DNA of 64,000 nt, from IMG/VR virus record IMGVR_UViG_3300025679_000005. One strand, given 5' to 3'. The first letter of the stretch is position 1; every line of letters starts with the position of its first letter. Shown here piece by piece: positions 17,005 to 27,200 of the stretch. The translations under genes and the position numbers were made by a program. This stretch comes from a virus (taxonomy: Duplodnaviria; Caudoviricetes). The notes under the pieces were generated by a model. It worked only from the letters and a program-made list of their open reading frames with translations. It searched no databases and was not told the origin of the DNA.

Positions 17005-17319
17005 GTGAAGCCGGTGAATGAGCTGGAAGAGATGGTCACAGAATTAGAAGTCCGGGTCAACGAGCAGAACTTAGTAATTCAGGCGTTTCAAGCCAAGGTA
17101 GCTAAGGCTGAGAGCATCCTCAAACTGGCCTTGGATTCGTACTACGAATCCGATTGGACCGACCTAGCCTACGATGTACTGGGTCAAAAGCGTCGGAAGT
17201 CAGTAGCCGAGATAGAGATCGAGAACGTTGCCTTGAAGGCTGAGGTCACACGCCTAAAAGGACTCGATGGCTTGCCTGATCTAGCCTACGTCCTCACCGA
17301 TGACGAGTGCACCCTCTGA
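17005..17319 (+). CDS. coiled-coil hypothetical protein
   Basis: Heptad pattern. Confidence 0.55.
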   Translation: MKPVNELEEMVTELEVRVNEQNLVIQAFQAKVAKAESILKLALDSYYESDWTDLAYDVLGQKRRKSVAEIEIENVALKAEVTRLKGLDGLPDLAYVLTDDECTL

Positions 17320-18054
17320 GAGGTCCATCCCGCCGGCTGCAATGATTGCCCGCCTGGAGGGACGGAGGGCGTCATCAAAGGGCTTCTCTGGCTTGATCTT
17401 GGAAAAGCCAGCCAGCTCTCTCTGAAAAAATGACCCTGGTTCTTCGATGGTTCGGCCAGTTTCGCTCCGAATGTAATCAAGTGTCATCCTGTATTCATCA
17501 GGAAGTCTCTCAGAGAACCCCTGAAGCATCGCAGCTGCACTGGCCATGGTCATTCCACCACGGCGGCCGACACGGTAGCCCACACGACGGTCCTCAGTGG
17601 GTTCGTGTGTATCCCCGTGCATGAAGTCTCCGCCAAGGTGGAATTCACCCATAATTTGTTGCTCGTAAAGGGATCTAGGCTCAGCAGGCCTCTCTGGCAT
17701 GTACACAGTAGCCCAAGAATCCAGCCCTGGGTCTATGCCCACGTTTATCGTCCCTACAGAGGCCGCATCGGGGTCAGGCGGAGTCGTCGTCACCAAGCCA
17801 CTGGGAAACTGCCAGACAACCTGAGAAGTGTGCCTGAGGATGTCCTGAACAGCGTCGACACTGATCCGTCTCTCGTCGTGAACGAGGTAGGGCTCTATGC
17901 GGATCGGTACCTCGATAGCTCTCTGGATAGCCGTGTGTGCAGCGGTCCCTACTGCTAAATTGGCCCTGGCCCTGGCCTCGATCCCACTGAAGTCAGTGTT
18001 GAGAAAGATTGGGCGATCAGGGGGTGGCAACGAATCGCTTTCGGTAAGCCTCAC
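17281..18054 (-). CDS. hypothetical protein
   Basis: 257-aa ORF in a minus-strand operon. Confidence 0.6.
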   Translation of the reverse strand: MRLTESDSLPPPDRPIFLNTDFSGIEARARANLAVGTAAHTAIQRAIEVPIRIEPYLVHDERRISVDAVQDILRHTSQVVWQFPSGLVTTTPPDPDAASVGTINVGIDPGLDSWATVYMPERPAEPRSLYEQQIMGEFHLGGDFMHGDTHEPTEDRRVGYRVGRRGGMTMASAAAMLQGFSERLPDEYRMTLDYIRSETGRTIEEPGSFFQRELAGFSKIKPEKPFDDALRPSRRAIIAAGGMDLSEGALVIGEDVG

Positions 18055-18400
18055 CTAGGGCGACCCATTTGGGAAAGCGGCCCCTTGCTTGAAAGACGGA
18101 CAATTCGTCGAATTTGTACACGCCTTCGAAGCCGATGATGAAGGCACAGGCTTCAGCTTCTTCGCAGTTTAGGAGGTCTGCCGCCTCTGGGGGCGTTGGA
18201 TAGTAGTTGGCCGTTCGACCTGAGAGCATGCTTTCAACTGCCCCAAGGGGACAGCACGTGTGCCCCTTCTTTTTGAAGATAGCGCCGATGGCGTCCTGGA
18301 CCCCCATCTTCTGGACGTTGATTGCGTAAGTCACCGAATCCGCGATCTTGGAGGCCGCTCGGCGGTAGCGTTGTTCAGGGGTCTCAATTGTCATGTTCAT
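18017..18400 (-). CDS. paralog family P2 protein
   Basis: CCPLGAV..AFIIGFEG..LGEAYRKRF, similar to 21650-21967. Confidence 0.7.
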   Translation of the reverse strand: MNMTIETPEQRYRRAASKIADSVTYAINVQKMGVQDAIGAIFKKKGHTCCPLGAVESMLSGRTANYYPTPPEAADLLNCEEAEACAFIIGFEGVYKFDELSVFQARGRFPKWVALGEAYRKRFVATP

Positions 18401-18825
18401 TGTCCAGGGTTAGAGGCCACTGGCTTCGACTTGTAGGGGTTTGCGATACCGGACGTGTCTTCCTCTAGTTCGATGTGATCAGGCGTCACAGCGTGGCTAG
18501 TGGGGGTAACCACTGGTTTTACACCAGCGACAGGTCGTTGCTGAACCACCACCGGCTTGACGCCCGCGTCAAGGAGAGTCTCGACGGCTACGACCTTAGG
18601 GGCGTCATTGACTTGAGCCGCCTGCCAGCGCTTCACCACTGCCATCGCCTCGGCATCAACCGTCGGTACCGGCATTACAATGACAGTGGACGAGGCCGTT
18701 GGCGCCGTTACGGCTACAGGTTTCGGCTGGCTAGAGCTGCCGAACATGTAGCCACCCACGAAAATGGCGATGGCGAACACGAAGGTGAGAACGATATAGG
18801 GGGCGTCTTGGCGAGTCATGATCAA
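18397..18825 (-). CDS. single-TM membrane protein, Pro/Thr/Val-rich; matched by array-C spacer 5
   Basis: N-terminal TM helix; class-2 promoter upstream; protospacer at 18649-18687. Confidence 0.75.
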   Translation of the reverse strand: MIMTRQDAPYIVLTFVFAIAIFVGGYMFGSSSQPKPVAVTAPTASSTVIVMPVPTVDAEAMAVVKRWQAAQVNDAPKVVAVETLLDAGVKPVVVQQRPVAGVKPVVTPTSHAVTPDHIELEEDTSGIANPYKSKPVASNPGQ

Positions 18826-18874
18826 TAGAACGGATCCATAACCCAGAAGTTAAGGGCTACCTGGTTTCCGGCCC

Positions 18875-19351
18875 GTGACCACTTGAAAGGGTTTCGTCTC
18901 CCTCTCTGACCTCAGCGCCCTCCCACGAGTCACGTTCCGCGTGGAGTGACCACTTGAAAGGGTTTCGTCTCCCTCTCTGACCAAAGCTAAGTCCACCAAG
19001 GACCCCAAGAACATGTTCGTGACCACTTGAAAGGGTTTCGTCTCCCTCTCTGACGAGCGAATGCGTCCCCCTGCCTCTCGTGAGCAATTCACGTGACCAC
19101 TTGAAAGGGTTTCGTCTCCCTCTCTGACTCTCTTAGGGATTTGATCCCTGATTCGCGATTTTGCGTGACCACTTGAAAGGGTTTCGTCTCCCTCTCTGAC
19201 CTCGGCATCAACCGTCGGTACCGGCATTACAATGACAGTAGTGACCACTTGAAAGGGTTTCGTCTCCCTCTCTGACACCAAGGTTTCGGTTCTCAGCTAC
19301 CCACCTGGAGCCCTCGTGACCACTTGAAAGGGTTTCGTCTCCCTCTCTGAC
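18875..19351. CRISPR. orphan CRISPR array C: 7 identical 36-nt repeats (GTGACCACTTGAAAGGGTTTCGTCTCCCTCTCTGAC on plus strand), 6 spacers of 35-40 nt
   Basis: Repeats start at 18875, 18946, 19019, 19093, 19165, 19241, 19316; internal hairpin GAAAGGG/CCCTCTC; orientation unresolved. Confidence 0.98.
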
Positions 19352-19460
19352 GCGGTCCGTCAGGTTAGCGGCAATGAGGGTGTGGGAGGCTACGTAGTAT
19401 ACAGCCCCGTTGGTGGCTTTGACTTCGAAGGCTCTGAGGGCGGGGACGGTCGGCATGGTC

Positions 19461-20267
19461 TCAGTCTACACCAAAAACCTGGTAGTTCAGGTAGAACCCC
19501 TCGTAGGTGTAGAACTTCAGCAACCGCTCGACACGGATCGTCCGGTCATTGTCCGTGAGTACGTAGCAATCGTCTTCGTGGACTGCCACGATGACTACGG
19601 CACTGCTCCGACGCCTGTCCTTGGTCCGCCAGCGCTGGCCCTTCGCTGGCCCTGGGATCTGACCGCCAATAGGAGCGGATATGAAAATGATCTCGGGATC
19701 ACAATCGACTTTTGGTTCAGGCGGCTTGGGGTCCGGAACGATCCTTGATCCCGAGGTCGGTTCAGATCCCCCAGCACTCTTAGGGTATGCCTCATGGTAC
19801 AGTTCACCTAGGCCGATCGTCAAACGATCCATCAGGTGAGAAGCTTTGAGTTTCGCGCTATCTACGAGGATTTGCAGTATCGCGCTATCTACGAGGATTT
19901 GCAGTATCATACGTGCTCCAACGGTCAATTTCTGATGGGTCTTAAGGGTCGGCCAACGTCTTTCGACGCAGTACCGGCAGAGGCAGCAGCTGCCGTCGCA
20001 TTCGACCTTCCCACAAGTCTCACAGGGGTCAGGCGGGATCGGACAGTCTTCGCAAAAGACAATGCAGCCAGCCAATGTCGAGGCTGTTCTTGATGCCCAA
20101 GCATTCGGGACAGGATTCGTTTTCGTTGTCGAAGGTGTATAGGCCGCCGTCACAGCGATAAACGCCGTCTGGGAGGGGCACAGGCTCGGTGTAACCCCAT
20201 CCGACGTAGTGAGCAGCCCCAGTGCACCGAAGGGTAACGTAGGGCTGGGAGCTGTAGTCACAGCCAT
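19461..20267 (-). CDS. hypothetical Cys-rich/KOW-like protein (true start probably downstream, near 20091)
   Basis: ORF track; contains a 27-bp in-frame tandem duplication. Confidence 0.5.
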   Translation of the reverse strand: MAVTTAPSPTLPFGALGLLTTSDGVTPSLCPSQTAFIAVTAAYTPSTTKTNPVPNAWASRTASTLAGCIVFCEDCPIPPDPCETCGKVECDGSCCLCRYCVERRWPTLKTHQKLTVGARMILQILVDSAILQILVDSAKLKASHLMDRLTIGLGELYHEAYPKSAGGSEPTSGSRIVPDPKPPEPKVDCDPEIIFISAPIGGQIPGPAKGQRWRTKDRRRSSAVVIVAVHEDDCYVLTDNDRTIRVERLLKFYTYEGFYLNYQVFGVD

Positions 20268-20290
20268 GAACGGGGTCGAGTTCGGCCATG

Positions 20291-20530
20291 TCAGTTCATG
20301 CTCTCTGGAGTGAGGATCTCAGTGACGTAGGAAGTAACCGTGCATTCGGCTCCGAACCATATGATGAGAACGGGCATACCCACCCTAATCTCCGTCAAGG
20401 ATTCGTAGGTCTTCCAGATGCCATCAGACCCTGTCCTAGATGTAGGTTCCAGGGCGCCGTGAAGCCGGCGAACACACTTACCCCCGGGGTCCACTTCGTA
20501 GGCTGACCCAGACTCAGTTTTGAAAACCAT
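20291..20530 (-). CDS. small phage hypothetical protein
   Basis: FKTESGSAYEVD and TVTSYV pattern common in phage small proteins. Confidence 0.65.
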   Translation of the reverse strand: MVFKTESGSAYEVDPGGKCVRRLHGALEPTSRTGSDGIWKTYESLTEIRVGMPVLIIWFGAECTVTSYVTEILTPESMN

Positions 20531-21083
20531 TAGACGATGGGCTCCGATAGATAATCCAAACGAGACTTTGACTCAAACGTATACCAAGTTGGAGGGATTG
20601 CGTCGAAGCCCCTCAGGGCTCAGGATACTGGGTGGGGTCGATGACAGTGCCAGTAGAAGTGTTGATGAACATCAGAGCTGGCTAGGTTTCATGACCACAT
20701 CTACACCCTTGATGTTACTGGGCATTGCCTTGGCGGCAGAGAGCAGACCTTCTGTCGGCTTTCCCATAACTTTGATGAGGACGTAGTAACTACCAGCTTC
20801 GTTTCTCTCAATGAGGACCGGGCCCCAAATTGAGGGTTCCCACAACTTTACAACCTCGATCTTGGCATCGTTCGCTTGCTGCCAAGAAGCCGGTTGGCCC
20901 TGGGCCATGAACTTCTCGAACTTCTCGATATCGAAGAAGAACTTGGGCCATCGGAGGATGTACTTCCAGGAGACATTAGACTTCTGGAAGGCTAGGACGA
21001 GAACGCCTAGGAGGTATCCGGCAATCACCAGGTACAGGGCGTGGTGCCAAAGAGCTGTGTACAGAGGGGAAGAGTGCATGGGT

Positions 21084-21359
21084 CTAGAAGGATACCGCAG
21101 TGAGGGCCGCTACCACCTTATTCAGGAAATACCGGAACACTGCCGGCTGAATGGCTGGATGTGGGGCGCTTCGACCGCCGATCCAACGTTCGAAGCTGGG
21201 GCGGGACAAGCAGAAGTACTCGCACACTTCTGCCACGTCGAGACCTAGGAGGATGATGGACCTGGGGACCAACGCCTCGAAACGACCTTCACAGGCGTCG
21301 TCCTCCTCAAGGGCCGAGGCCAAGTCGTCCTTGAGCTTGGTCAGTGCTTCACGGTTCAT
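21084..21359 (-). CDS. XRE-like HTH protein
   Basis: LDVAEVCEYFCLSRPSFERWIGGRSAPHP. Confidence 0.65.
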   Translation of the reverse strand: MNREALTKLKDDLASALEEDDACEGRFEALVPRSIILLGLDVAEVCEYFCLSRPSFERWIGGRSAPHPAIQPAVFRYFLNKVVAALTAVSF

Positions 21360-21649
21360 GGTCGATCCTGTTCTGGAATTCTGGGCTGATCATTAGTTCT
21401 GAACGACCTTGCTGATGTCCACCACGAACGGATGGGACACTCGACGGCCATCCCTGTATTCGGTCACGATTACCGGTAAGAACCCCTGTGTCCATTTCTT
21501 CTGGAAGACTAACTGTGAGACACAGAAGTTGGCAGCCTCTTGAGGTGAAGCAATACCCCCCAGCTCTTCTTTCGGGACCCTAATGGATACAGGATCACCA
21601 CTTTGAGAATCCTTCATGGTGATCTCTACGTTATCTATGCCTGGTGTGT

Positions 21650-21967
21650 TCACGGGAAGCGCTTTCGGTATGCCAGGCCTAGACGATAATAGGCGGACAA
21701 GCCTCGTATATTGAATGTGACGGGTTTGCCGTCAAAGCCTAAGATGAACGCATCCGCCTCGTGCCAGCTCATCAAGCCTCTGACCTCAACGGCAAGGGGT
21801 GTGGGGCGAAAGGAGGCTACGGCACAGCCTAATGGGCAATGACATCCAGAGTCCTTGGCGCTGACTTGAACTCCCTTGAAGAGGCCAAGAGTGGTCTTGT
21901 CAGCGATCTTTGAGGCAATCTTGCGAAAGCGCTCGTTCTTTGGCCAGGCCATCACATACTGAGACAT
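21650..21967 (-). CDS. paralog family P2 protein
   Basis: CHCPLGCAV..AFILGFDG..LGLAYRKRF. Confidence 0.7.
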   Translation of the reverse strand: MSQYVMAWPKNERFRKIASKIADKTTLGLFKGVQVSAKDSGCHCPLGCAVASFRPTPLAVEVRGLMSWHEADAFILGFDGKPVTFNIRGLSAYYRLGLAYRKRFP

Positions 21968-22461
21968 GGTCGATCCTACACCGAAACTAGATCGTCACGA
22001 GGCGGGCCAGCAGCTGCATCCACGTTGGGTAGCCGGATCGGTTACGCCCGTCTCCGTACACAGCCCAGGTCATCTCGTCAAGTAGGGTCTTGCCCAGGAT
22101 CAGACGAAGCAGGAACAGCTTCAGTACCTTGAAGCGTATCTCGCCAGGGTCCCGTCGAAGCCGGTTAGCTTCGCTGATGGGAATGGCTACTTTGGGCTCG
22201 TCCCAGTTAGGGTCAATGCTCATGTGAACCACTCCCGTAGACGCTGTCCGATGTCAGTCATCTCACTGAGGACGTTGCTGACCACAGAGACCACAATATT
22301 GTAAGCGGCCCCTACCGGCCAGAACACTGTGACCACGAAAACAGCGAAGTTGTCGAGGCCGTCACTGACATCGGGCATCATACAGAAAGAGGGCTGTACG
22401 AACCCTATGACAATGGGAGTGATCACAAGCCCGATCACATAGAGGATTACCAGGAAGATTA

Positions 22462-22797
22462 TCATGGGTCGACTTTCTTCGCGAACTTCTCAGTCAGATC
22501 AAAGCTGAGGAGCCGGCCAGTGTCATCATCAAAGCAACCAACGATGTAGCCCCAGCCGTCCTCACGAATGCCAACAATGCCATTGACAACGCCTAATAGC
22601 CCTAGCTCGTAGTGCCCGCTGGGAGTTGGAATCACCTGAGCTGTAGGGTGATTAGTCAAATCCTCATTGACGACGACACGAGACTCCACTAACGTGTGCA
22701 TAGCCTCGGGGTCAGCGGCTACCAGCTCGTTCAGATAGGCAATCACATCGACTGCCAATGCCTTCTTCTCGTCTTCAGTGCGGGTCATGTGCTTCAT
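22462..22797 (-). CDS. hypothetical phage protein
   Basis: LNELVAADPEAM..GLLGVVNGIVG motif. Confidence 0.7.
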   Translation of the reverse strand: MKHMTRTEDEKKALAVDVIAYLNELVAADPEAMHTLVESRVVVNEDLTNHPTAQVIPTPSGHYELGLLGVVNGIVGIREDGWGYIVGCFDDDTGRLLSFDLTEKFAKKVDP

Positions 22798-23382
22798 GAT
22801 GCCTGCTCGTTCTTGTCTTCCGAGGAAGAGCCCACGTTGTCATTCTTGAGTATCCGCCCCTTGTGGCAGTAGTCTGCACTGTAGTCCTCGGAGCGAGTGG
22901 CAGCGTTGATGAGCATTTCTCCGATGGCTTTCATCGATTCACGATCTGTGAGTAGTTTGAAGCTAGTTTGGAGATTACCGAAGCTAGCAGACGTTACCAG
23001 GATCGTCGGGCCAAAGCCGTCGTCAATCACTGAGAACGTCGCGCCGCTGTTTCCTACGTGACAGTACACTTCGCCTATTTTCTTCACGGTACTTTCCTCT
23101 TTGGTCATATGAGACCTTGATCTCGACACATCTTCCGATAGGCAATAGAAGGCTTCGCACTTGGCTCGCAGCTCTCTGCCAACCGCCACCAAACCCCATA
23201 GGCCTCTGTCCGCTATGACTGCGAAGATGTACCAAACTACCAACGCTGGCCAAAACAGCGTCTTCACGGACAAGCCAAAGGTATCCGGAACGTTCTCAGG
23301 CGGGACCAAGATCCCATACGCTATCGGAAAACAGACAAGGCCTAGCCCGTAGAGGAACCCTAGAAGGAGCATAGCCCCGATC

Positions 23383-24651
23383 TTACACCGATCGACGACA
23401 GAATACGTCCACATGCTTGGCGGCTGTGATCGCCCAGCTGTTTTCGTCGATGTAGACATTCTGGAGGTCGACTTGCTTCTTCGCTTCCACTCGGTCAAAG
23501 AGCTTGGCTATCTCGATTGCCATCGCCTCTGGGCCATCGGCTTTGACTGTAGGCAGGTCCGAGAAGTGATTGACAGTCGAGGTCACTACAGGGATCTCAC
23601 GACTCATAGCCAGCCTCGCTGCCCCGCTAGCACCAAAGACCTCGTGCTCTGGATGCGAGATATACGGGAACAAGGCCACTCTGTTGATTCGCAGGAAGGT
23701 GTCAATAACCGTATCGGTCTGAAATCCTCGGATTAAACCCACATGGTTCTCAATCCCAAGCTCCTCAATGAGAGCTATCAGCTCAGCGTAGTACCGATGG
23801 TGCTCAAGCTTGTTCTGAGGACTCTCCGAGAACAACCCTGTGAAGAACACATCGGGGTAGGTCTGCTTCAAAATTGAAACGGTTCTCAAAGCCGCCTCCC
23901 AATTTTTGTAGCGGAAACCGAATCCTTGCATGAGGATCGTATGCTCTGAGCCGTAGCGATTCCAATACTTGGTTCCAGAGCGGGCGTAGCAGCCATGGGG
24001 GATCATGTGGACTTTGCCTAGTACGCCTTTAGTCTCTTTGAGGCACTGTCGTGCCCCTTCAAGATGCACGATCATCTCAGGACCCACTTCGCACAGGGTT
24101 TTATCCTTGTGGTGCGGGAATACGCTATGATGTGAGCTGATGACTCTGTACCCAGATAGCTGAGTCATCATTGAAAGCCAATGCCTTGCGTTGGGCCAAA
24201 GCCCGAATTCGTGTTGAATCCACACAATGTCTGGGGCGTAGGCCTTAATTGCCCTCACAAGCTCGTCTGTAGGCTTCCCGCGCTTCCAACAGGTGACTAC
24301 CTGGTGAGGTTCCAGGGTCGTGTCCCCTAGCTGTAGGGGGTTTCCTGTGGGCTCGGCGTTCTCTTCAGCGAAGATACGAACGTCCCCTACCAGCTTGGCC
24401 ACTTCTGGCCAAAGGTTCTCGGAATAGGTAGAGATCCCACAAGGGCTCTTCCAGTTACCTACAAGTGCGATGCGAAGACTTTTGGGATCCTGGGTGTCGA
24501 CAATCGCCCCATCCCGTATCTTCAGGTCACTAAGTATTTCAGCGTAGGAGAGTGCGTCATCTTCAACCTTGAGCATTGTCATCCCCTCGTTGATGAACGG
24601 GGTGTCGGATACAACAGCTATCTTCCCGTCTGTCAGACCAATGTAGCGCAT
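23383..24651 (-). CDS. GT4-like glycosyltransferase
   Basis: CGISTYS, WIQHEFGLW, IPHG, GFGFRYKNWE, ALFPY..GASGAARLAM. Confidence 0.88.
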   Translation of the reverse strand: MRYIGLTDGKIAVVSDTPFINEGMTMLKVEDDALSYAEILSDLKIRDGAIVDTQDPKSLRIALVGNWKSPCGISTYSENLWPEVAKLVGDVRIFAEENAEPTGNPLQLGDTTLEPHQVVTCWKRGKPTDELVRAIKAYAPDIVWIQHEFGLWPNARHWLSMMTQLSGYRVISSHHSVFPHHKDKTLCEVGPEMIVHLEGARQCLKETKGVLGKVHMIPHGCYARSGTKYWNRYGSEHTILMQGFGFRYKNWEAALRTVSILKQTYPDVFFTGLFSESPQNKLEHHRYYAELIALIEELGIENHVGLIRGFQTDTVIDTFLRINRVALFPYISHPEHEVFGASGAARLAMSREIPVVTSTVNHFSDLPTVKADGPEAMAIEIAKLFDRVEAKKQVDLQNVYIDENSWAITAAKHVDVFCRRSV

Positions 24652-25562
24652 GCTCTCTCGACCGCCGCTTTGAATTTTGTGAAATCTGAGTCCACAGGGT
24701 TGGCTCTCGCCGCATCCAATTGTACCAGCAAATCGTGCTTTGTCGCACCGTAGTAGGGGACTAGGCTAGAATTTGCTTTGAGCTTGTCGTGATGCCAGAC
24801 GGACACCACAGGTCGGTTAGCCAGATTGCTGAGAACGATACCGTGATACCTCTGTGTTACCACGTGCGAAAACTGTCCAAAGAAGTGGATTGCTTGGCCA
24901 AAGGAGCGTGCCTGATACGTGGAGACACTGACGGCGGGCTTCGCCACCACCATGTTGTGGATCTCGGCCGCAGCATGTAGGTCATTCGTGGATTCGTTAC
25001 GACACATAGCATACAAGGTAACCTGATAGCCTAAGTCATTTACAGCCAGGTCGAGGAATTGGCTAACTTCTGATTTGAAGAATTCCCAAGCCTTGTGCTT
25101 CCAGTGAGGATCATTGTGACTAGGCACCACATGAGCATTTGGCAAGAACAGAAGCTTCTTGGTCGGCGGAGGGCCGACGTTGGCCTTCAGCGCGTACACT
25201 AGGTCCGGACAGTGGATTAGCTTGGGGTGTGTGAACGTCGTGCCCTTCGTCCTAGTAGCCACCAGCAAAGCCTTACCCAGCATGTGTTGGTGATCGGGGT
25301 GGACTGCCGTCTCTGTGCCGACACCAAGATACAGCACAGGTAGGGGGCGGTATTGGGACCCTGCCTCGGATTCGATGGCCCCGTCCAAAAGGGAGCCGCC
25401 CCCAACGAACAGCACATCTGCATTCGCCGCCTGCTCGACAGTGATGTAGTCCGTGAACGTGAACTGGTACTGGGGGAACAAGACCTGAAAAGCTGTCTCA
25501 AATAAGTCATCCCCAATATTGGACTTTCCAACGAATCCGAATACAAGAACCCTGAGTGTCAT
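24633..25562 (-). CDS. polysaccharide pyruvyl transferase family protein
   Basis: GKSNIGDDLF, VGGGSLL, CPDLVY, TQRYHG. Confidence 0.88.
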   Translation of the reverse strand: MTLRVLVFGFVGKSNIGDDLFETAFQVLFPQYQFTFTDYITVEQAANADVLFVGGGSLLDGAIESEAGSQYRPLPVLYLGVGTETAVHPDHQHMLGKALLVATRTKGTTFTHPKLIHCPDLVYALKANVGPPPTKKLLFLPNAHVVPSHNDPHWKHKAWEFFKSEVSQFLDLAVNDLGYQVTLYAMCRNESTNDLHAAAEIHNMVVAKPAVSVSTYQARSFGQAIHFFGQFSHVVTQRYHGIVLSNLANRPVVSVWHHDKLKANSSLVPYYGATKHDLLVQLDAARANPVDSDFTKFKAAVERACATLV

Positions 25563-26992
25563 GTCGCTTCGAAGTCCGATTCCCAGATGGTAACCAAGTT
25601 ATACCCGGCGTCCTTGATACGGCCCTCGCGCTGCATCGTACGATCATAGAGTTCTCCAAAGGAACACCCTGTCGACTTATTCAGATCTTCTCTAGGCCTG
25701 TGTGTAGGATGCCCGTGCCAATAATCGCCATAGAACTCATATACAGTACTCGTGACTGGGTCAAACCCGTCAACACGAACCCGTCGACCATTGCCCAGAT
25801 AGAGCTTGACCTGTCTATTCTCCTCGGAGATCCTTAGACTGTCTAACCATTGTATTTCTGGCTTAGATACTTGGCTTCGGATGCACCCCTGACAGCCGAA
25901 GCCACTGAGGTGTCTATGTGCGATTGTCTCAAATACACCATGCGTAGGGCACCCTATTTTGACTGGCTCCAGAATATGGGTATATTCGACCAAAGAATAG
26001 TCATAATCGACTCTGTGGATGGCTTTTGATCTGGTGATGAATTCTTCAGTCGTTATCCGGGTGTCATCCCTGCCACACCAATAACAGCCCTTACCTTCTG
26101 AGGTATGCGAACGAGGCCTCTGTTTGAATGGCCCGTGTTTACGACATACAATTGTGACTCGCGTGTCGTTGTTCATATATGTTACCTTTGAGTAATCATA
26201 TTTGTCACCGTGAACCGCTCTGGCGTCCGCAATGAACTCCTCTAACGGTTTGAATGCTTTGACAGCAGAGCAGGCAGGGCAACCAATTCCCAACCTGACA
26301 TGGCTATTAGCATTTTGACTGAACGTACCGTGTTCAGGGCATACTATCAAAACGTGGTTGTTGCTCCCTGTGTACACCACCTTTGAGTAGTCATATCTAC
26401 TACCGTGAGACTTACGAGCCTGAGTAAGGAACTGCTCCAGCGGCTTAGTTCGATCTGCGACAGCACAAGAGGGGCAGCCAACGGGTCTTATATGGCTCGC
26501 GGGCGTTTGCCGAAATGGGCCGTGCTCTCGGCACACAAGGGTCACATGGACAGCGTTGTCTACGAACTCTACTCTTGAGTAGTCGTACCTGTCGCCATGG
26601 ACAGCTCTAGCTTTTGACAGGAATCGATCAATCGAGGGCGCACGGCGTTCTTTAGAGCACTTCCCACAACCGTAACCCTTTACATGGCTCGCAGGAAGCT
26701 GCCGAAATGGGCCGTGCGTAGGACAGACTATATCGACGTGAGACTTTGCATTAACCCAAGATAGGTCTGAGTAGTCGTACGATCTGCCGTGGACTGCCTT
26801 GGCTTGAGCAATGAATTGGTCAACCGTTTTAGAGCGGTTGACGTTCAGCGATATATCGCTCGCCACGATACAACCCTGGTTTCCGATGAAGAAATGTCCC
26901 AGCAGATCAGGAGTCGATATTGTCCACCATGAACCACTAGCTTCCAGAGGAGGGTGTCCTCTTCCAGACTGTGGTGATGGTGAGGGTCGCAC
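25559..26992 (-). CDS. homing-endonuclease-like protein: about six DUF723-type Zn repeats plus C-terminal PD-(D/E)xK/Vsr-like domain
   Basis: Repeated YDYS..V.IVCPxHGxFxQ..xH..G.GCxxC; VDGFDP..VYEFYGDYWHG..YNLVTIWESD. Confidence 0.85.
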   Translation of the reverse strand: MRPSPSPQSGRGHPPLEASGSWWTISTPDLLGHFFIGNQGCIVASDISLNVNRSKTVDQFIAQAKAVHGRSYDYSDLSWVNAKSHVDIVCPTHGPFRQLPASHVKGYGCGKCSKERRAPSIDRFLSKARAVHGDRYDYSRVEFVDNAVHVTLVCREHGPFRQTPASHIRPVGCPSCAVADRTKPLEQFLTQARKSHGSRYDYSKVVYTGSNNHVLIVCPEHGTFSQNANSHVRLGIGCPACSAVKAFKPLEEFIADARAVHGDKYDYSKVTYMNNDTRVTIVCRKHGPFKQRPRSHTSEGKGCYWCGRDDTRITTEEFITRSKAIHRVDYDYSLVEYTHILEPVKIGCPTHGVFETIAHRHLSGFGCQGCIRSQVSKPEIQWLDSLRISEENRQVKLYLGNGRRVRVDGFDPVTSTVYEFYGDYWHGHPTHRPREDLNKSTGCSFGELYDRTMQREGRIKDAGYNLVTIWESDFEAT

Positions 26993-27159
26993 GGGGGAGG
27001 ACCTAGGTGCAGGAATTTGACATCTGCTTCTGAAGGTTGGCCTTCCTCGATCGGCAAAACTATGGTTAGCTCGTTCCGGCCACGGACAACCGTGAATTCA
27101 CCCTCGGCAACTTCGTATCGGGGGTGCAGGGGGTGGCGGTGTGGGTAGTGCTTGGGCAT
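26845..27159 (-). CDS. hypothetical protein preceded by the 46-bp 5' repeat
   Basis: ATG abuts the same hairpin element as the tail-fibre gene. Confidence 0.55.
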   Translation of the reverse strand: MPKHYPHRHPLHPRYEVAEGEFTVVRGRNELTIVLPIEEGQPSEADVKFLHLGPPPCDPHHHHSLEEDTLLWKLVVHGGQYRLLICWDISSSETRVVSWRAIYR

Positions 27160-27200
27160 TTCGGGCTCCTATGGGGGAGCCCGAATAAGAAGAAACCCTA
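27155..27200 (-). repeat. 46-bp direct repeat copy 1 (10-bp hairpin abutting ATG)
   Basis: ggcatttcgggctcctatgggggagcccgaataagaagaaacccta, identical at 34029-34074. Confidence 0.95.

Noticed and set aside
18850-19281. ORFs crossing array C
   Set aside because: Translated repeats; their shared peptide with 18397-18825 only reflects the self-matching spacer.
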